NCBI GenBank assembly: GCA_019639255.1
Contig: JAHBSF010000012.1
Location: 643-64,642 of the forward strand
Source: Acidobacteriota bacterium
GTDB lineage: Bacteria > Acidobacteriota > Blastocatellia > RBC074
DNA length: 64,000 bases
Direction of reading: 5' to 3'
Shown here: one piece after another, positions 36,741-46,023 of the stretch
How positions within the stretch are numbered: position 1 is the stretch's first letter
Layout of the letters: the number at the start of each line of letters is the position of its first letter
Notes under the pieces: model-generated
What the model saw: only the letters and a program-made list of their open reading frames with translations
The model's database searches: none
What the model was told of the DNA's origin: nothing
Made by a program: the position numbers and the translations under genes

Positions 36741-38849
36741 ATGAAACGATGGATGAGGCATGCGTTGCCGGCCACGATTGCATTCTGTTTGATAACCCTC
36801 GGAGCCGCCTCGGCGCAGGAGCGCGAAGACCGAACGCTTCTGCCGTGGGCGGCTATGCGCGCAATCATCAATGAAACATCGGGCGAACGCGCGCTCCACC
36901 ACGTGCTCGAACTTACGCCGTATCCGCGAGTCCGTCCCCGCTCCGAATACGAAGGGCACTTTCGCGAAAGCGCAGCGATGGCCGACTTCGCGCGCGAATA
37001 CGGCTACAGCAGCGTGGAAATCGAATCCTTCCCCTCCGGGGGCCGGCTCTGGCAGCCCACGCAGGGCGAGCTATGGATGGTCGAACCTGAAGAGCGCAAA
37101 CTCTACGATATATACGATGTCGCCATTTCGCTCGCTCCCAACAGCGAATCGGGGGATGTAACGGCCGAGGTCGTCGATGTAGGCGCAGGCGCGCGCGGCG
37201 AGGATTTCGCCGGAAAAGACGTAGCGGGGAAAATCATTCTCGGCTCCTCGGGCACAAATACGCTTCAGCGACTCGGCGTATTCGAGCGCGGCGCCGCGGG
37301 TGTTGTCGGATACAACTCGCTGCGCGCCGACAGCTATCCGGATCAGATACTCTCGCAGAGTATCGCCAATGCCCCGGAAGGGCGCAAAACCGGCTTTGGA
37401 TGGGCGATTGCTCCGCGCGTTGCCCGGGAAATATCGGGTATTCTTGCGCGGGGACAGCGAGTAGTGCTGCGCTCCGTGGTCAAGGCGGAAACCTTCCCCG
37501 GCGAACTCGAAGTCGTACACGCCACAATCAAGGGCGACGGCAGCACGAATCAGGACATCATGATTTCGGCGCACCTTTATGAAGGCTACATAAAGCAGGG
37601 CGCCAATGACGACACGTCGGGCTGCGCAATGACTTTGGAAATGGGCCGCGCATATATACGCCTGGTAAAGGAAGGGAAACTTCCGCCGCCCAAGCGAACC
37701 ATACATTTTCTATGGGTGCCCGAAATAAGCGGCACAAACGCGTGGCTCAACAAACACGAAGACATTCGGAAGCGCCTGATTGCGGATCTGAATTTCGATA
37801 TGGAGGGCATAAGGCTTTCGACGAGCGGCAGCCACTGGGTGCTGCATCGCACGCCGGATACGTTTCCGACCTATCTGAACGATGTTGGCGCATCCGTGAT
37901 GGAATTCGTCGCAGAACTCAACCGCGAACGCGTCCGCTATCGCGCTAACGGCTACAGATTCACCCTCCCCGTCGTCGCGCCCAACGGCAGCCAGGATCCG
38001 TTTTATATAAAGATCGACAAACACTACGGCGCAAGCGATCACGTAACCTACATGCAGCACGGCATCCCGTCGCTTATGTTCATAACGTGGCCCGACATGT
38101 GGTACCACTCCTCGCACGATACGCCGGACAAGCTGGATTCGACGATGCTGAAGCGCGCGGCCGTCGTAGGCACTGGCGCGATGAGCGTACTGGCTTCGGC
38201 GAGTGATGAAATGGCGCTCAGGGTAGCGGGTGAATCGCTTTCGCGCGGAGCGGAACGCATGGGCGAAGCGCATCGCAAGGGTACGGCTTATCTCGCCGAT
38301 GCAACCACCGGGCCGGCCCTGATGACGGCTTACAAGGAAGCGCGCAACGCAATCCGGCATCAGGCTGAAGTTGAAACAGCGGTAGTGAAATCGGCAGCAG
38401 TGCTCTTTGATAATCCGGTTGAAGGTGAAAAGAAGCTTGCGGGACTTGCGGCGCTCGTCGCTGCGCGTGCTGCTGCCCTTCAGAATGAGGCATCGGCTTT
38501 TTACCGCTTGCGCGCGGAGCAGATGAAGGTTGCGGCAAGCGAACCTGCTGAGACTGTGGAAGAAAAAGAAGCTGCGCAGTTGGTTGTACAGCGCGTAGGC
38601 GGCGCGGGTCGCGGAGGCGGCCGTGCTGCGGGGTCCGCCAATCTGAGCGCCGGTGATCAGGCATCGCTGCGCAAGCTGCCTCAGCATATGGGCGCGGAAC
38701 TGAACATACTGCTGGGGCGGCAGAAATCAGTAATGGAGATACGGGATTTTCTTTCCGGCGAGTTCGAACCGCTGCCGCTTACGGATCTGATGGAATATAT
38801 TCGCGTGCAGGAAAAACTCGGCTCCGTCAACGTGTCGCGAAAGCAGTAA
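36741..38849 (+). CDS. M28-family peptidase with PA domain (secreted)
   Basis: AAGGAG then ATG at 36741, followed by a signal peptide. Metal-ligand region GANDDTSGCAMTLEMGRAY is typical of M28. Confidence 0.7.
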   Translation: MKRWMRHALPATIAFCLITLGAASAQEREDRTLLPWAAMRAIINETSGERALHHVLELTPYPRVRPRSEYEGHFRESAAMADFAREYGYSSVEIESFPSGGRLWQPTQGELWMVEPEERKLYDIYDVAISLAPNSESGDVTAEVVDVGAGARGEDFAGKDVAGKIILGSSGTNTLQRLGVFERGAAGVVGYNSLRADSYPDQILSQSIANAPEGRKTGFGWAIAPRVAREISGILARGQRVVLRSVVKAETFPGELEVVHATIKGDGSTNQDIMISAHLYEGYIKQGANDDTSGCAMTLEMGRAYIRLVKEGKLPPPKRTIHFLWVPEISGTNAWLNKHEDIRKRLIADLNFDMEGIRLSTSGSHWVLHRTPDTFPTYLNDVGASVMEFVAELNRERVRYRANGYRFTLPVVAPNGSQDPFYIKIDKHYGASDHVTYMQHGIPSLMFITWPDMWYHSSHDTPDKLDSTMLKRAAVVGTGAMSVLASASDEMALRVAGESLSRGAERMGEAHRKGTAYLADATTGPALMTAYKEARNAIRHQAEVETAVVKSAAVLFDNPVEGEKKLAGLAALVAARAAALQNEASAFYRLRAEQMKVAASEPAETVEEKEAAQLVVQRVGGAGRGGGRAAGSANLSAGDQASLRKLPQHMGAELNILLGRQKSVMEIRDFLSGEFEPLPLTDLMEYIRVQEKLGSVNVSRKQ

Positions 38850-38850
38850 A

Positions 38851-38942
38851 GAGAGATAACGGAACAAACGAAAATAGACGAAAATTACGAAATAGTTGGA
38901 TATTTCTGTCTGTTCCGTGTTTTTTCGTTTGTTCCGTTATCT
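38851..38942. repeat. family element R13
   Basis: GAGAGATAACGGAACAAACGAAAATAGACGAAAATTACGAAATAGTTGGATATTTCTGTCTGTTCCGTGTTTTTTCGTTTGTTCCGTTATCT. Confidence 0.95.
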
Positions 38943-41774
38943 GAATTCATTCAGCCAGTTGAGCACAACGTGGAACTGGCGCGGTGAAACTCCCTGCTCG
39001 TTCCTGACCATAAGGAAGCGGCGTCCGTCGCCGGCCACATCGTAACTGGTCAGAAACCGCCCTTCTGCAAGCACGCGCGGTTCGCCGAGTTTGATTTCAG
39101 CTCCGATTGTATTTACACCAACCGCGTATAGCCGGGTCTGCCAACGGTAATACAATTCACTTCCGTCGGGCGCCCATACGGGATTCATTCCCCCGCCGCG
39201 CGAAACCGGCACGCGGGCGCCGGGGCTTGTAGCGGGTTGAATGTAAATTTCAGGCCGGCCGGATTCATCCGAAAAGTAAGCCAGCCAGCGGCCGTCGGGA
39301 GAGTAGCGCGGGGTTGATTCGGTAAACGGCGAAGCAATAAGCGGAGTCGCCTCTCGCCCGGACAGCGAAAGCGAGAACATATCGGTTTGTAATCCGATCC
39401 CGCCTTGTGCAAAGACCAGATGATCGCCGCGAGGATGAACCGTATACGGCAGCACGCGGTACTCGTTCGTATGCAGACGCTCGGGATCGCGAACGCTGCC
39501 CACTTCCTGCGAATAAATGGCCCAGACTCCACCGCGGTTCGATGCGTATATCACGCGATTGCCGTCCGGAGTCCAGACCGGAGAATGGTTGTCGCTCTCG
39601 AAAGTCAACCGGATGCTTCGGCCGCCCGGGATTTCTATGATCCAGATATCGCGTTCGATCTCGACTGCGATCCTGCGCCCGTCGGGCGAAATGCGCGGTG
39701 ATCGGAAATCGCCTCGACGGTCCAGCGCCGGAGTCGTTTGTCCTCGACGATCGACCCATACCAGCAGGTTGTCGCGCATCGCCGTATTCGGCAGGTAAAC
39801 GAGCGTGCCGTTGCGGGCGATTTGAAAATTCGGGAACTGGTGCAGACCGTCCAGAACCGGTACGGCGTCGCCCAAAGCCCGGCGCGCTCGCAAATCGAAA
39901 GGCTGAATGAAGAGCTGCCCTGCGCGAGCAAAACACAAATCTCCGGTCGGAAGCATTCTCACCCCAATTGCATCCCCGAGTTCCAGCAAATCTTCCATCT
40001 CTCCGGTAGCCAGGTTCAGCAGCGCGAGCGTGATTCCTTTCGTGAATTGACGACTGAACAGCAGGCTCGCTCCGCCTTCTACAAATTGCGGGCGACGATG
40101 GGCGATCTCATTGCGTGCGGCGTCGGGTTGCGTCAGCACGCCCGGCCGCCCGCCCCCGGCAGGCACGCGCGACAACCCTGCATCGGATGAAGTCATGATG
40201 ATCGTGCCGTCCTCGCCCCATACGCCCTCGATAGCGCGCGGACAATCGTCGCAAATCGTCAGCGCCGCTCCGCCCTCGATCGGAATCTTTTTCAGTTTGC
40301 TGTCGACGAAAAAAGCGATCCAGCGGCTGTCGGGCGAAAAAAACGAGCGCTGCCCGCCTTCCGTTCCCGGCAGCGGACGCGCGTCAAACTGATCGAGTGA
40401 GCGAAGAAACAGCCTCGGCCCGTCGCCCAGATTGCCGCCGTAAACCAGATGCCGCCCGTCGGGGGATAACGCGGCTGTCGAAAGCTCCGCCTGCGGTTCA
40501 GCAGGCTGAATTGCATATCGCGCGTTTACCGGCGCCGCAACCTCAACCGCAAAAAAACGGTTCCAGATAAATGCGCCTGAAAGGGCAGCTACAATCAACG
40601 AAAGCGCAGCGATAACCAGGCGGGCGCTGATGCGTCTGCGGGCCCGTATTACGGCGCTTCTGATACGGCCGGAACTGCGCGGCGTGCTGTCGCGCGATTC
40701 ATACAGCAGCGCAACGACTTCGCGCATGGTCTGAAAACGCGAGCGTCGCTCTTTTCGCAGACACTTTCCGATCAGCCGCGCCAGCAGATCCGGCGTCTCC
40801 GGTTTGAGATCCGAAACCGTAGGCGGATCGACCTTCAGAACTTCGCTGATGATCGCCGCATAGCTGTCGCCCTGAAATGGACGCTGCCCCGTCAGCGCCT
40901 CATACATTACGACGCCGAAACCGAAGATATCAGCCCGCTGATCCACCGCCTCGCCGCGCGCCTGTTCCGGAGACATATAGGACGGTGTGCCGAGTATCTG
41001 TCCGGCGCGCGTGAGTCCTTCGCGCTCGGAATCCCCGGTATCTGGATCTGCGGCCGGAGTCGCTGCCTTATCCGCAGGGCGATCGATTCGCGCCAGTCCG
41101 AAATCCAGCAGCTTCGGCGCTCCATCGTGCGTGATCATGACGTTGCCGGGCTTAAGGTCGCGATGCGTAATCCCGTGTTCGTGCGCGTGTGCAAGCGCGT
41201 CGGCCAACGGCAGGAACCATTCGTAAAAGCGCGGCAGATCCAGACCACCCTCCGGTATCAGCGCCGAAAGCGGAGCGCCGTCTATATACTCCATCGTTAT
41301 GAAGCTGCAATCGTCGATTTCCTCTACAGAATAAACCGTAGCGATATTCGGATGGTTGAGCGTGGCAGCGGCGGAGGCTTCGGTTTTGAGCCGCTGCAAC
41401 CAATGAGGATCGGCGGCGAAGGTTGAGGAAAGCGTCTTGAGTGCAACGGTGCGACCGAGCCGGGTATCGCGCGCGAGGTATACTTCGCCGATGCCGCCGG
41501 CGCCCAGATGCGTTTGTATCTGATATGGACCGAGTTTCCGGCCCACGAGCGTTACGGTCTTTCCAGGATCAAACAGTTCCGCAGCGGCCGCACCCAGCGG
41601 CTTGTCTACCAGGTTACTCTCGCCCTCGCTCGCGCGCAGCAGCGATTCGACCTCGCGGCGCAGCTCTTCGTCTCCCGAACATGCTACCTGCAGGTACGAC
41701 TCGCGCGCCTCGCCGTCAAGCTCGCTTGCCGCGTGGTAGATCTCGCCTACCTGTTCCCAACGTTCCGGCGTCAT
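38937..41774 (-). CDS. Ser/Thr protein kinase with TM segment and C-terminal TolB-like beta-propeller
   Basis: HRDLKPGNVM, DFGLAR and GTPSYMSPEQ motifs. C-terminal repeats of the SPDGR.(I/L)A(F/Y) type. The TAA stop is supplied by repeat R13. Confidence 0.85.
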   Translation of the reverse strand: MTPERWEQVGEIYHAASELDGEARESYLQVACSGDEELRREVESLLRASEGESNLVDKPLGAAAAELFDPGKTVTLVGRKLGPYQIQTHLGAGGIGEVYLARDTRLGRTVALKTLSSTFAADPHWLQRLKTEASAAATLNHPNIATVYSVEEIDDCSFITMEYIDGAPLSALIPEGGLDLPRFYEWFLPLADALAHAHEHGITHRDLKPGNVMITHDGAPKLLDFGLARIDRPADKAATPAADPDTGDSEREGLTRAGQILGTPSYMSPEQARGEAVDQRADIFGFGVVMYEALTGQRPFQGDSYAAIISEVLKVDPPTVSDLKPETPDLLARLIGKCLRKERRSRFQTMREVVALLYESRDSTPRSSGRIRSAVIRARRRISARLVIAALSLIVAALSGAFIWNRFFAVEVAAPVNARYAIQPAEPQAELSTAALSPDGRHLVYGGNLGDGPRLFLRSLDQFDARPLPGTEGGQRSFFSPDSRWIAFFVDSKLKKIPIEGGAALTICDDCPRAIEGVWGEDGTIIMTSSDAGLSRVPAGGGRPGVLTQPDAARNEIAHRRPQFVEGGASLLFSRQFTKGITLALLNLATGEMEDLLELGDAIGVRMLPTGDLCFARAGQLFIQPFDLRARRALGDAVPVLDGLHQFPNFQIARNGTLVYLPNTAMRDNLLVWVDRRGQTTPALDRRGDFRSPRISPDGRRIAVEIERDIWIIEIPGGRSIRLTFESDNHSPVWTPDGNRVIYASNRGGVWAIYSQEVGSVRDPERLHTNEYRVLPYTVHPRGDHLVFAQGGIGLQTDMFSLSLSGREATPLIASPFTESTPRYSPDGRWLAYFSDESGRPEIYIQPATSPGARVPVSRGGGMNPVWAPDGSELYYRWQTRLYAVGVNTIGAEIKLGEPRVLAEGRFLTSYDVAGDGRRFLMVRNEQGVSPRQFHVVLNWLNEFR

Positions 41775-41826
41775 ACAAACAAGAGACCACGAAGCAAGCG
41801 GGAACTCACGGATATTTATTTCCCGC

Positions 41827-42411
41827 TCACTTTTCGATTTCCCGCTTCAACCATGCGCGTGCAAGCGTCCAGTCGCGGCGGACCGTGCGTTCGGAGGTTT
41901 TCATTACTTCGGCGATTTCGGCTTCGGTCAATCCGCCGAAGTAACGCAGTTCAACTACCTGCGCCTGACGTGGGCTGAGTTCGGCAAGCGACTGCAATGC
42001 TTCATCGAGCGCCACGATCTCGGCGCTGCGATCCGGCGCCGCGTCTATCGCATCGTCGATCGTGACTACGATTGCCCCGCCCCCGCGCTTTTCGCTTCCG
42101 CGAGCACGCGCCATATCTACCAGCACCCGCCGCATCGCCATTGCAGATACGCCGAAAAAATGCGCCCGGTTCTGCCAGTTGACGCGGCTTGAGTCTATCA
42201 GCCGCAGATATGCTTCATTTACGAGTGCGGTAGTTTGCAGCGTGTGATCGGATCTCTGGCGGCGCATGTATGACCGTGCGAGCCGGCGCAATTCCTGATA
42301 CACCAGGGGCATCAACTGATCCAGCGCCGTGCGGTCGCCGCCGTTCCAGGCAAGCAGCAGCCCGGTGATCTCCTGCTGGGATTTGCCGGTCATCGCGCCT
42401 CCATCGGGCAT
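41827..42411 (-). CDS. ECF sigma factor (kinase-associated subgroup)
   Basis: ITGLLLAWNGGDRTALDQLMPLVYQELRRLA and the region 4 sequence LSPRQAQVVELRYFGGLTEAEIAEVM. Directly upstream of the Ser/Thr kinase. Confidence 0.8.
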   Translation of the reverse strand: MPDGGAMTGKSQQEITGLLLAWNGGDRTALDQLMPLVYQELRRLARSYMRRQRSDHTLQTTALVNEAYLRLIDSSRVNWQNRAHFFGVSAMAMRRVLVDMARARGSEKRGGGAIVVTIDDAIDAAPDRSAEIVALDEALQSLAELSPRQAQVVELRYFGGLTEAEIAEVMKTSERTVRRDWTLARAWLKREIEK

Positions 42412-42454
42412 TCTGCCCCGTGATGCCCTGAATTCCTATATCAAACCACATGAA

Positions 42455-42549
42455 GAGAGATAACGGAACAGACGAAATAAACGAAACAAACGGAAGTGTA
42501 TATTCTTTTTCGTTTGTTCCGTATATTTTCGTTTGTTCCGTTATCTCTC
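42455..42549. repeat. family element R14
   Basis: GAGAGATAACGGAACAGACGAAATAAACGAAACAAACGGAA..TTTTTCGTTTGTTCCGTATATTTTCGTTTGTTCCGTTATCTCTC. Confidence 0.9.
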
Positions 42550-45165
42550 TTCCCTGCTGAATGTAACGCGGCGCCAGACCGAAGCCTCACCGTCACGCTC
42601 GATCAATTCCCTTACAGCCGACCAGCAAGCTGCGTACAGCGCATGCATTTCTTCGCTCGATGACACGCGCGCCAAACGTCGCTCGATTTCATCAACAGGC
42701 AGCTTCGCGCGCGACATTGATCTCGTATACTTCGGCCCCTCACCCGCAAAATGAATTGCCAATCCTTCGGCAAGCCAGCGCGGCGCGCGCCCGCCGCCCA
42801 TAGCTTCGATTACCGCATGAGCATATTCGTGCCGGAGCGTCTCCATCAACACGCCCCTTCTTTTAAGCACTTCCAGCGGCTGCAATGCAATGCGGTCGCC
42901 GCGCGTCGCCGCCGCCGTATATCCCGGCAACCCCGTGTCGGCTATGTATTCGGCGGTAGACGCGTGCACGTGCACCTCGATTCTGCCGCTGTCCTTCCAC
43001 GGCAATCCTGCGGCGCGTACCCTGCGGATGATATCCTCGCGCGACTCATCGAGAGTCTTCAAAATCAATTCGACATCGAAATCGGCGCCGCTGCGCGACG
43101 TTGTAATCAGAAAATGCCGGTTGCCGATCCGCGCTCGCGCCTGCTTGCGATAAACGACGTTCTTCAAGCCTGCATTTTCGATCCGATCAATACTGGCGAT
43201 CCTGGCCGCCGGAAAATAATGTGCAAGTATTCGTGTGAAATCCGCGCCCCTTCGCGCCGCCGTATGAGATCCGTCCTGACAAAGTCCCAGCCCGTGTCCG
43301 AACCCGCTGCCCCGGAAATGAAACTCGGCTCCAGCGCGCACGACCTCAAACTTCGTGCTCTTGATCAAATGCCAGCCAAGCGCCCTGCCGACGATCATCT
43401 TGAAATCCCAGCCACGCACTCGCCGCCTCTCGGCGCCCTCTATCGTCAGCCACTTCACCCTTCCGCTTGCATCGCGCTCTGTGACCTCTATTCCTTCAAT
43501 CCTTGCACCTGCATCCGTTCTCGGATCGGTCCTCAAGGCCCGCGCCAGATCCTTTGCCGATATGCGGTCCAACCATCGGCGGGCGTCGCTCGCCGTGCAG
43601 TACTCATCGCGTATACCGCGCACGCTGTTTGACGATGCGCTTCCCCATACCGCCTCCGTATCGGAAGTAGCGCCGCCGCACGAAGCGTGAAAATAACTTT
43701 CTACGGGATTGTTTTCGTCATCGGTAAGAACCGTCCCTGCGGTTTGCTCAACCGCCTCGCGCACTGCATCCCGTACGGATCCGTCTACGTATCTTTGACA
43801 GTGAGTAGTGCTGCAATAATCGTATCCATCGCCCGCGTGCCTGCCGCCATTGAATAACGCATAGCCGCGCGCAACGACGGCCAATGCCTTGAGCGCCTCG
43901 ATTTCTGTTTCGGTTCCGGCTTCGGCCGTAACGACTCCGCGCAAATACTCATCCACCGTCATTTCGAGTACGAGATCCCTGCCGACGATCCTTACCCTCA
44001 CTGACCTGCCTTTCGTGCCGGGAACTGCATTCGAAACAGCCGGATGATGCTGCGCATCGATCAACGCTTCTATTATTGGACGCGCAACACGCGCGGCAAC
44101 CGCGCCCTGCGAGCGTTTGAGAAACACAACCACGCCCGCTGTTATCTGCTCGGGACGCGGATTTGGTCCCTCGCCCAAAAAGGCGACGAACCAGCCCTGC
44201 GTGCGAAAACCGTTGCTGGATGTAGAAGTGCCCGTTTTACCAAAAACCGACCAGGCATTACCTCCCTGTGAAGCAACGGGCCAGGGGCCGGCCGAACTTG
44301 CCGTGCCGTATTCCACTGCGCCGCTCATACCTTCCAGGATCGCCACTCTGTGCTGCCCGGAAATCGCAAGCGTGCGAACGGGTTCGGGCTGCAAGCCTTC
44401 GTTCGAATGAGGGCGGTATAGGCGCCCGCCGTTTACAAGCGCCGAATACGCCGAAATCATCTGCACGGGAGTGACGAGCAGTTTTTCGCCATCGCCCAAT
44501 GCTGTTTGTTCCGTCAATTCCCCATCGGGCAACCTGCCCGGAATTTCATCGGCCCAATCGACTCCCGTTCGCTCGCCGAAACCGAACGAAGCAAGTGTGG
44601 ATTCAAATGCGCTCGAGCTTAACCGCGAGCCTGCGCGCGCGAAATAATCGTTGCAGGAGTATGCAAGCGCCCGCCGCAGATCAAACGGCACGGTGCTTCG
44701 TTTGTGAGAACATTCGATGGAAAAATCTTCGCGCACATACCGTCCGCTGCACAGATGGTGCGTGCTGGGAGTGAGAATGCCGGAACGAAGAGCAGCCAGC
44801 GCAGTAAAGGGTTTGATCGCCGATCCGGGAGGATGGGCCTGACCAGATGCAAGACGGGGATTGACGACCGCACGCAGAAACCCGGTTTGAGGATCGATTA
44901 CAAGTATCGCGCCTTCGCGCTCGCCGAGCGCTTCTGTTGCAACCCTCACGAGGTCGCCGGCGGCAGGCGCCGAAGGGAGCGATTCGTTTGCCGGAGATTG
45001 CGTTGGTCGATCGCTGCACGCGGCACACAGCACTGCGATCGCCAGAAAACAGCAACGGAATAAATGAAATAATCGGAATGGAACGGAACAAACAGAAACC
45101 GAAAAACATTTCGCGTATTCCGTCTCATTCCGTTTATTCCGCGGTTGATGCCCTTTTGTTTTCAT
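42541..45165 (-). CDS. three-domain fusion: PBP transpeptidase, SpoIID-like domain, MA-clan Zn-peptidase-like domain
   Basis: SxxK (GSAIKPF), SxN (YSCNDYF) and KTG (FGKTGTS). SpoIID signatures (CSTTHCQRY, FHASCGGATSD). HEYAH plus PRWLAEGLA at the C-terminus. ATG 45165 overlaps the upstream stop as ATGA. Codons about 8-38 are repeat R15 and the TAA stop is in R14. Confidence 0.7.
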   Translation of the reverse strand: MKTKGHQPRNKRNETEYAKCFSVSVCSVPFRLFHLFRCCFLAIAVLCAACSDRPTQSPANESLPSAPAAGDLVRVATEALGEREGAILVIDPQTGFLRAVVNPRLASGQAHPPGSAIKPFTALAALRSGILTPSTHHLCSGRYVREDFSIECSHKRSTVPFDLRRALAYSCNDYFARAGSRLSSSAFESTLASFGFGERTGVDWADEIPGRLPDGELTEQTALGDGEKLLVTPVQMISAYSALVNGGRLYRPHSNEGLQPEPVRTLAISGQHRVAILEGMSGAVEYGTASSAGPWPVASQGGNAWSVFGKTGTSTSSNGFRTQGWFVAFLGEGPNPRPEQITAGVVVFLKRSQGAVAARVARPIIEALIDAQHHPAVSNAVPGTKGRSVRVRIVGRDLVLEMTVDEYLRGVVTAEAGTETEIEALKALAVVARGYALFNGGRHAGDGYDYCSTTHCQRYVDGSVRDAVREAVEQTAGTVLTDDENNPVESYFHASCGGATSDTEAVWGSASSNSVRGIRDEYCTASDARRWLDRISAKDLARALRTDPRTDAGARIEGIEVTERDASGRVKWLTIEGAERRRVRGWDFKMIVGRALGWHLIKSTKFEVVRAGAEFHFRGSGFGHGLGLCQDGSHTAARRGADFTRILAHYFPAARIASIDRIENAGLKNVVYRKQARARIGNRHFLITTSRSGADFDVELILKTLDESREDIIRRVRAAGLPWKDSGRIEVHVHASTAEYIADTGLPGYTAAATRGDRIALQPLEVLKRRGVLMETLRHEYAHAVIEAMGGGRAPRWLAEGLAIHFAGEGPKYTRSMSRAKLPVDEIERRLARVSSSEEMHALYAACWSAVRELIERDGEASVWRRVTFSREER
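45052..45143. repeat. family element R15 (diverged, lies inside the 5' end of a CDS)
   Basis: GCAACGGAATAAATGAAATAATCGGAATGGAACGGAACAAACAG...GTATTCCGTCTCATTCCGTTTATTCCGCGG. Confidence 0.6.
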
Positions 45166-45911
45166 TTCTCATCGGAGACTCGCCTGAGGGCGCCGATTGT
45201 GAGCAACCACCCGATGAAAATCATCAATCCGGCTGCCGCAAGCCGCGCCGTGAGTAATCCGATTTCGAGCCCCGCACCGCCATACTGTGTTTTAATTCCA
45301 ACCAGCGCCCATACGATCGAGCCGAATACAACAAGCAGCGACACGTATACCACCAGCACCCGCGGGGCAAAAGCACTGACGAAATGGAGTCCCAGCGCGC
45401 GGAATGCGCTCGTCACCCCGTCGCGCGATGCTGCGATCCACAACCGTACGGCCAGCAGCGGAGCCGCAAAATAAAGCACTAGCGCCCTCACCCATGGCAA
45501 CAGGTACTCCAAAACAAATCCGCTGTTGTCGTACTGATTCTCGCCGCGCCACCAGTAGGCGATCAATCCCAGCAAAAGCACCGCAAGTATCGCGAGCAGC
45601 GCCGGAGGCAGGCTCACAACCAGGAGCTTTCCCGTATCTCGCAGCGCGCCCCGCAGCACCGCCGCGGTCGATTCCGCCGCTCCCGCGTAACGCACGCCTA
45701 CCGCCTGAATGAAAAAGAAAAACACCAGGGCCGCCGCCGGCAGCGAAAAAGTCAGCAACAGATCGATAATCGTCGCCTCGCGCGTCGTTATGAAAACATA
45801 AACCGCGCCTATCATCGCCACGTAAACGGCCAACGCCGCAATCACGGCTCCTGCGCGCACAGCCATCGCCCGCATTGCACCGCCAATCGCGCTCAATACG
45901 CTTTTCAGCAT
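45162..45911 (-). CDS. polytopic membrane protein, unknown function
   Basis: 249 aa with about 6 hydrophobic helices. GGAGG lies upstream of the ATG at 45911. Translationally coupled to the PBP fusion gene. Confidence 0.5.
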   Translation of the reverse strand: MLKSVLSAIGGAMRAMAVRAGAVIAALAVYVAMIGAVYVFITTREATIIDLLLTFSLPAAALVFFFFIQAVGVRYAGAAESTAAVLRGALRDTGKLLVVSLPPALLAILAVLLLGLIAYWWRGENQYDNSGFVLEYLLPWVRALVLYFAAPLLAVRLWIAASRDGVTSAFRALGLHFVSAFAPRVLVVYVSLLVVFGSIVWALVGIKTQYGGAGLEIGLLTARLAAAGLMIFIGWLLTIGALRRVSDEK

Positions 45912-45952
45912 CGGTCACCTCCTCCCAAATCATACGAATTTGGGAGATAAAA

Positions 45953-46023
45953 GAGAGATAACGAAACAAACGAAATGAGACGAAAATCACGGAAAAGCTG
46001 AATATTTCGGTAGTTTCCGTTAC
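45953..46023. repeat. family element R16 (right arm truncated)
   Basis: GAGAGATAACGAAACAAACGAAATGAGACGAAAATCACGGAAAAGCTGAATATTTCGGTAGTTTCCGTTAC. Confidence 0.85.
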
